This document shows, in pieces, positions 61,326-64,000 of a DNA stretch of 64,000 nt. The stretch is from NCBI GenBank assembly GCA_012295275.1, contig CM022673.1, positions 19,344,001 through 19,408,000 on the forward strand. Direction: 5' to 3'. The first letter of the stretch is position 1; every line of letters starts with the position of its first letter. Both the position numbers and the translations under genes were made by a program. The DNA comes from Chrysomallon squamiferum. Taxonomy: Eukaryota > Animalia > Mollusca. Under the pieces are notes generated by a model. That model was not told the origin of the DNA and made no database searches. It saw nothing but the letters and a program-made list of their open reading frames with translations.

Positions 61326-63085
61326 CCAGAGAAAAATGCGTAACAATAAAAGAATCTTGTTATATTAGTAGACACGCCTATGTAAAACAAAAGTAAACAT
61401 AACATACAAAAGCAATTGGTAATAAATCAGAAGATTTGTTAACAGCTTACCAACCATTCTAAGATTTTTCTATGAAATGGAAGAAATCTTATGCTTGCGT
61501 ACACGGCGTTCAGAGTAACATTGGTCGGTGAAGTTAACGTAAGGTAATGTACTTTGAGCACGATTCCGATGACGCAAGCCTTGCAGAAAAAGTGTAGCAA
61601 AAACAAACACTGAAAGAGAGGAAAGACGAACCAAACAAAAGGGGAAACAAACGAATGAATTAATATATCATGTATGAGACCTACTTTAATCAAGTATTTA
61701 TTTTCTTGTTTCAGTGTCTTCAACGACAACACCCACTGTAGGAACAACTGTTAGTGCCACTCCTAGCGTCAGTGGAACAACACCTAGTGTCACAGGACCA
61801 ACACCTAGTGTCACAGGACCAACACCTAGTGTCAGTGGAACAACACCTAGTGTCAGTGCGACAACTCCTTTCGGTATGACTGGCTTCATGATTTAAGCAA
61901 TTTTATGAAACCTTCGATCATTTTTCAGTTATAACAATGATAGACTTTAATGCTGTCTTTCTAAGTAAACGCTCTTTATGGATTTGCTGTTCTGAGTGGA
62001 AATTTAATTATATATTTTTTTTTTTTTTTTTTCGTATAACCTAATTTTTCATGGTGTTAACCCTTTATGTTTGCTCACTGAAAGGACATCGTTTGTGTCT
62101 GTTCGATTCACCAAGTATGGATGTAGGAAAACTGTATAGTGGAATTTCATTTTATTTTCAAGTATGCGGCAAGGACATGAGCCCTGTTTCACCGAATGAC
62201 TACAATGTGAAACCATCTAAGACAGCAACGTTTCCAGATAAGGACACGGAAGTAACCGTAACTTTAGAGACCACCACTGACGAAACAGTCTGGTACAAAG
62301 TCACCTTCGATGCTCCCGATATAATCACTGCTGTGGTTTTCACTGTTGGTGACAAAAACGTGAGTATTCAGTAAAATGTTATAAATCCTTGGTTTTAATG
62401 TCCGAGTACCGTATGCATATCTTGCTACGTTTAATATATAATATCACTATTATTGAACGAGTGTCTTCTCAGTCTGTATTCATATTCGTCTGCAGTATTT
62501 ATATTGTAACTGGAGTTAACTTAGTGACGAAACCTTTTCCCCTTCTCGTTAAAGGTCAATGGAAAACTGGAAAATGGGAAATTTGTGTTTGAAACTGACA
62601 AAATGGATTGAAAGGAAAGACTCTTACAATAAAACTAACAAGCTCCGTGCCAGGACCTGCGTCTGTAACGCTCGACAATATGGAAGTGACGGCTTGCCAG
62701 AAAGGTATGTTCTCCAACATGTATAAAAATGTTAGTTTTGTTTCAGGTGTTACAAAAGAGATTTCAGTATTCTTTTCAAAAATCAAGAATTAACGTGTGC
62801 TTTTGGTGAAAGGTGGTGTTCACAATTAAGAAAAGAGAAAGTGAACTAACGTTTTGCTGTACACTACTCCATTCAAGATGTATCTGTACCAGTAAGAACG
62901 GAATTAGCAGATACCTTTAGAATAGTCAAACCAGCTGCACTGAAAACTATTTTGTTGAAGATACAACATGCGTAAATGCGTGAACTTTCTTCTGGTGAAT
63001 CTGTTTGTCTATTTCCTTGGTATTTGTATATCTATAATTTGCGTAATCACCTGCAGTTAAATGATCAGCATTTATAATGCGAAAA

Positions 63086-63127
<42 letters not shown>

Positions 63128-64000
63128 CCAGAGAAAAATGCGTAACAATAAAAGAATCTTGTTATATTAGTAGACACGCCTATGTAAAACAAAAGTAAAC
63201 ATAACATACAAAAGCAATTGGTAATAAATCAGAAGATTTGTTAACAGCTTACCAACCATTCTAAGATTTTTCTATGAAATGGAAGAAATCTTATGCTTGC
63301 GTACACGGCGTTCAGAGTAACATTGGTCGGTGAAGTTAACGTAAGGTAATGTACTTTGAGCACGATTCCGATGACGCAAGCCTTGCAGAAAAAGTGTAGC
63401 AAAAACAAACACTGAAAGAGAGGAAACACGAACGAAACGAAAGGGGAAACAAACGAATGAATTAATATATCATGTATGAGACCTACTTTAATCAAGTATT
63501 TAATTTCTTGTTTCAGTGTCTTCAACGACAACACCCACTGTAGGAACAACTGTCAGTGCCACTCCTAGCGTCAGTGGAACAACACCTAGTGTCACAGGAC
63601 CAACACCAACACCTAGTGTCAGTGGAACAACACCTAGTGTCAGTGCGACAACTCCTATCGGTATGACTGGCTTCATGATTTAAGCAATTTTATGAAACCT
63701 TCGATCATTTTTCAGTTATAACAATGATAGACTTTAATGCTGTCTTTCTAAGTAAACGCTCTTTATGGATTTGCTGTTCTGAGTGGAAATTTAAATTATA
63801 CATTTTTTTTTTTTTCGTATAACCTAATTTTTCATGGTGTTAACCCTTTATGTTTGCTCACTGAAAGGACATCGTTTGTGTTCTGTTCGATTCACCAAGT
63901 ATGGATGTAGGAAAACTGTATAGTGGAATTTCATTTTATTTTCAAGGATGCGGCAAGGACATGAGCCCTGTTTCACCGAATGACTACAATGTGAAACCAT
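288..64000 (+). CDS. Partial giant multi-exon mucin-like gene: PTS segments alternating with two-cysteine globular domains; open at both window edges
   Basis: About 127 exons with canonical AG/GT boundaries and mutually compatible phases (55 in array A, 40 in array B, 6 single-copy, 26 in array C). The spliced translation alternates Thr/Ser/Pro/Gly-rich stretches with Cys-bracketed domains. No initiator, signal peptide or terminal stop seen. Isolated 1-2 nt indels occur in a few copies. Confidence 0.88.
666..817 (+). CDS. Array A copy 1, domain exon 1, phase 1-0 (ECELTDMMGEPGSPKQPLKYDADTKTAVITVDGPVEKVTKIPEDAKVYVTK)
   Basis: caaacag|AATGT...ACGAAG|gtaaga; open frame, higher GC than flanks. 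Recurs at 3933, 7190, 10470, 13737, 17014 and 20270. Confidence 0.9.
929..1028 (+). CDS. Array A copy 1, domain exon 2, phase 0-1 (DKPTPGPEQKVFYPAGNPPKDGTTITVTVKDKT)
   Basis: gaatag|GATAAA...AAAACAG|gtattt; 100 nt; phase matches both neighbours. Confidence 0.85.
1241..1374 (+). CDS. Array A copy 1, domain exon 3, phase 1-0 (GTEKQSTAEVKTEGNIVTLKLPKDETFVNIPQQPDVLKVEEIKPT)
   Basis: tttaaaacag|GTACTG...CCAACC|gtaagg; 134 nt. The same peptide is visible in ORF-track entries 4442..4666 and 17522..17749. Confidence 0.88.
1686..1788 (+). CDS. Array A copy 1, domain exon 4, phase 0-1 (NGEITPNGEDIDKIIITGIPENKSRDIDVLVCKK)
   Basis: tgtccag|AATGGA...AAGAAAG|gtaaga; 103 nt; ends in the V-x-V-C-x-K motif shared with the other domains. 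Confidence 0.9.
2118..2162 (+). CDS. Array A copy 1, PTS exon, 45 nt, phase 1-1 (VPTTTTPGTTISRTT)
   Basis: attacag|TTCCAA...ACTACAG|gtaatc. Confidence 0.88.
2357..2416 (+). CDS. Array A copy 1, PTS exon, 60 nt, phase 1-1 (GTSPTTGTGPTSTVSSATTS)
   Basis: cattccag|GTACGT...ACTTCAG|gtaact. Confidence 0.9.
2728..2960. repeat. Compound intronic microsatellite (ACT)n/(AAT)n/(AATAGA)n/(AAC)n, present in array A copies 1-6
   Basis: Directly visible; length differs between copies; source of the poly-Ile and poly-Asn ORFs. Confidence 0.9.
3136..3195 (+). CDS. Array A copy 1, second 60-nt PTS exon, phase 1-1 (GTSPTTGTGPTSTVSSATTP)
   Basis: tattccag|GTACGT...ACTCCAG|gtaact; differs from exon 2357-2416 at two positions. 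Confidence 0.9.
21960..22019 (+). CDS. Last exon of array A, 60 nt (GTSPTTGTGPTSTVSSATTP), hybrid of the two 60-nt exon types
   Basis: Upstream intron and GGCCCG codon context match the first 60-nt exon; the ACTCCAG end and downstream intron (gtaactcaactataattgtttcgcttgg) match the second. Confidence 0.85.
22429..22500 (+). CDS. Array B copy 1, 72-nt PTS exon, phase 1-1 (GTSLTTSPSTGTGSTSTVSSPTTS)
   Basis: tgttacag|GTACCT...ACATCAG|gtaagt (gtaact in later copies). Confidence 0.9.
22792..22851 (+). CDS. Array B copy 1, 60-nt PTS exon, phase 1-1 (GTSPTTGTGPTPSVSSTATP)
   Basis: acttccag|GTACAT...ACACCAG|gtaacc; paralogous to the array A 60-nt exons. Confidence 0.9.
40655..40735 (+). pseudogene. 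Decayed copy of the 72-nt PTS exon
   Basis: actggttcatcatcaactgtttctagtcctactacgTGAgataaa aligns with acaggttcaacatcaactgtttctagtcctacaacatcag|gtaa. TCA has become a TGA stop and the donor GT has become AT. Confidence 0.75.
40851..40918. repeat. 34-bp tandem duplication
   Basis: aaatataaaatataaattaaaatccca(c/g)ctttgg twice, with one mismatch. Confidence 0.9.
41025..41071 (+). pseudogene. Second decayed copy of the 72-nt PTS exon (GTFVTTALSTGTYSS*)
   Basis: aaataatgtttcag|GTACCTTTGTTACTACAGCTCTGAGCACTGGAACA matches aaataatgttacag|GTACCTCTCTTACTACGTCTCCGAGCACAGGAACA. In-frame TGA at 41069-41071; no donor. Confidence 0.78.
41423..41613 (+). CDS. Single-copy domain D1, exon 1, phase 1-0 (VKVCKDDMQPVEKLEFNPKRTISFGDDNVASFTIKATSDAEWNEIRIDVPNRIKRIQIKFGNQE)
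   Basis: Poly-T tract then acag|TAAAAG...CAAGAA|gtaaga; 191 nt; C-x2-D-M-x-P-V motif. Confidence 0.9.
42061..42208 (+). CDS. Single-copy domain D1, exon 2, phase 0-1 (FEANIQNGKAIWTSQREITSQSATVTVTREPDGPSSFNLASVKVVACRK)
   Basis: ttttccttttccttctcaag|TTTGAA...CGAAAGG|gtaaga; 148 nt; ends V-x-A-C-x-K. Not in the ORF track. Confidence 0.9.
42693..42772. repeat. (GA)n microsatellite
   Basis: Directly visible. Confidence 0.98.
43248..43283. repeat. (AT)n microsatellite
   Basis: Directly visible. Confidence 0.97.
43379..43399 (+). CDS. 21-nt microexon, phase 1-1 (EEEITTT)
   Basis: ctctcttctttttgtttttaatttcag|AGGAAGAGATAACAACAACAG|gtttgt; strong pyrimidine tract; frame-preserving. Confidence 0.7.
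43488..43517. repeat. (TG)n microsatellite
   Basis: Directly visible. Confidence 0.97.
44190..44306 (+). CDS. Single-copy PTS exon, 117 nt, phase 1-1 (ETTGGGGETSAQTSTTITSKTSTTITSKTSTTITPKSTT)
   Basis: tttatccag|AAACAA...ACAACAA|gtaagc; internal 24-nt (8-aa) repeat three times. Confidence 0.9.
45500..45699 (+). CDS. Single-copy domain D2, exon 1, phase 1-0 (KLSCTDDMSPVAMEKLKSALPKNVEFGKTNEQIVIAELTSVERIVLFELELSFGKPVTAALSDGTNY)
   Basis: ttttatag|AACTAT...AATTAT|gtgagt; 200 nt; C-x2-D-M-x-P-V motif. Confidence 0.9.
45801..45869. repeat. (CT)n microsatellite in the D2 intron
   Basis: Directly visible. Confidence 0.98.
45935..46088 (+). CDS. Single-copy domain D2, exon 2, phase 0-1 (IPMKSNDKRITFSYTNTDGLNLKNIKLNITKNPEDGPSIQITVNKITACAK)
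   Basis: gcatctag|ATTCCC...GCCAAAG|gtaaca; 154 nt; ends I-x-A-C-x-K. Confidence 0.9.
47820..48480 (+). pseudogene. Diverged, internally deleted older copy of the array C unit
   Basis: Intron homology to the C unit (caatgatagactttaat, aacctaatttttcatggt). Short remnant of the PTS exon at about 48118. Domain exon starts at 48368 (ECCKDMSPVSPNDYDVK) and then jumps to sequence that normally lies ~620 bp downstream. Confidence 0.8.
49129..49287 (+). CDS. Array C copy 1, PTS exon, 159 nt, phase 1-1 (VSSTTTPTVGTTVSATPSVSGTTPSVTGPTPSVTGPTPSVSGTTPSVSATTPI)
   Basis: tgtttcag|TGTCTT...CCTATCG|gtatga; internal 21-nt (7-aa TPSV[ST]G[TP]) repeats. Confidence 0.92.
49571..49767 (+). CDS. Array C copy 1, domain exon 1, phase 1-0 (GCGKDMSPVSPNDYNVKPSKTATFPDKDTEVTVTLETNTDETVWYKVTFDAPDKITAVVFTVGDKN)
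   Basis: ttttcaag|GATGCG...AAAAAC|gtgagt; 197 nt. Confidence 0.92.
49963..50113 (+). CDS. Array C copy 1, domain exon 2, phase 0-1 (VNGKLENEKFVFETDENGLKGKTLTIKLTRSVPGPASVTLDNMEVTACQK)
   Basis: ccttttccccttctcgttaaag|GTCAAT...CAGAAAG|gtatgt; 151 nt; ends V-x-A-C-x-K. Confidence 0.92.
63517..63660 (+). CDS. Array C copy 9, PTS exon variant, 144 nt (15 nt shorter, in frame)
   Basis: GTCACAGGACCAACACCAACACCTAGT replaces two TPSVTGP units; same splice sites; ends CCTATCG|gtatga. Confidence 0.88.
63947..64000 (+). CDS. Array C copy 9, domain exon 1, truncated by the window edge (GCGKDMSPVSPNDYNVKP...)
   Basis: ttttcaag|GATGCGGCAAGGACATG, as in copy 1. Confidence 0.88.

Larger units (their letters stand above)
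48420..64000 (+). repeat. Tandem array C: ~1.8 kb unit, 8 complete copies plus a ninth running off the right edge
   Basis: PTS exon starts at 49129, 50921, 52713, 54505, 56309, 58108, 59913, 61715 and 63517 (periods 1792-1805). Exons of 159+197+151 = 507 nt (169 aa) per unit. Confidence 0.97.

Noticed and set aside
49459-62374. 107-aa ORFs starting MVLTLYVCSLKGH as standalone small secreted proteins
   Set aside because: The first ~37 codons are intron upstream of a clear acceptor (ttttcaag), and the ORF stops just after the GTGAGT donor; only the internal part is exon.
1-64000. Transposon or retroelement origin of the repeat units
   Set aside because: I saw no transposase or reverse transcriptase coding sequence, terminal inverted repeats, LTRs or target-site duplications; the repeats are head-to-tail gene segments.
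288-64000. Assigning a specific gene symbol (MUC2/MUC5-like, SCO-spondin, zonadhesin)
   Set aside because: No VWD, C8, TIL, CysD, SEA, MAM or cystine-knot domain is visible in the window, so orthology cannot be supported.

Overview
AT-rich, microsatellite-rich eukaryotic (invertebrate-like) DNA; the taxon cannot be determined from the sequence. Almost all ORF-track entries are artefacts. Read with GT-AG splicing, the whole window is the interior of one very large + strand mucin-like gene, with no start or stop codon in view. I can trace about 127 exons in a phase-consistent chain (about 4,200 aa by my hand count, tolerating a few 1-2 nt indels). It is built from three tandem arrays of whole exon+intron cassettes. 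Array A has 7 copies of a ~3.27 kb, 8-exon unit (163-aa two-Cys domain plus Pro/Thr/Ser linker). Array B has 20 copies of a ~0.9 kb unit with two tiny PTS exons (44 aa per unit). Array C has 8 complete copies plus 1 partial copy of a ~1.8 kb, 3-exon unit (PTS linker plus 116-aa two-Cys domain). Between B and C lies a single-copy region with two older, diverged members of the same domain family, a 21-nt microexon and decayed or rearranged exon relics. The recurring globular module, C-x2-3-D-M ... [VI]-x-[AV]-C-x-K, is not one I can name with certainty; a diverged discoidin (F5/8 type C)-like beta-sandwich is a hypothesis.
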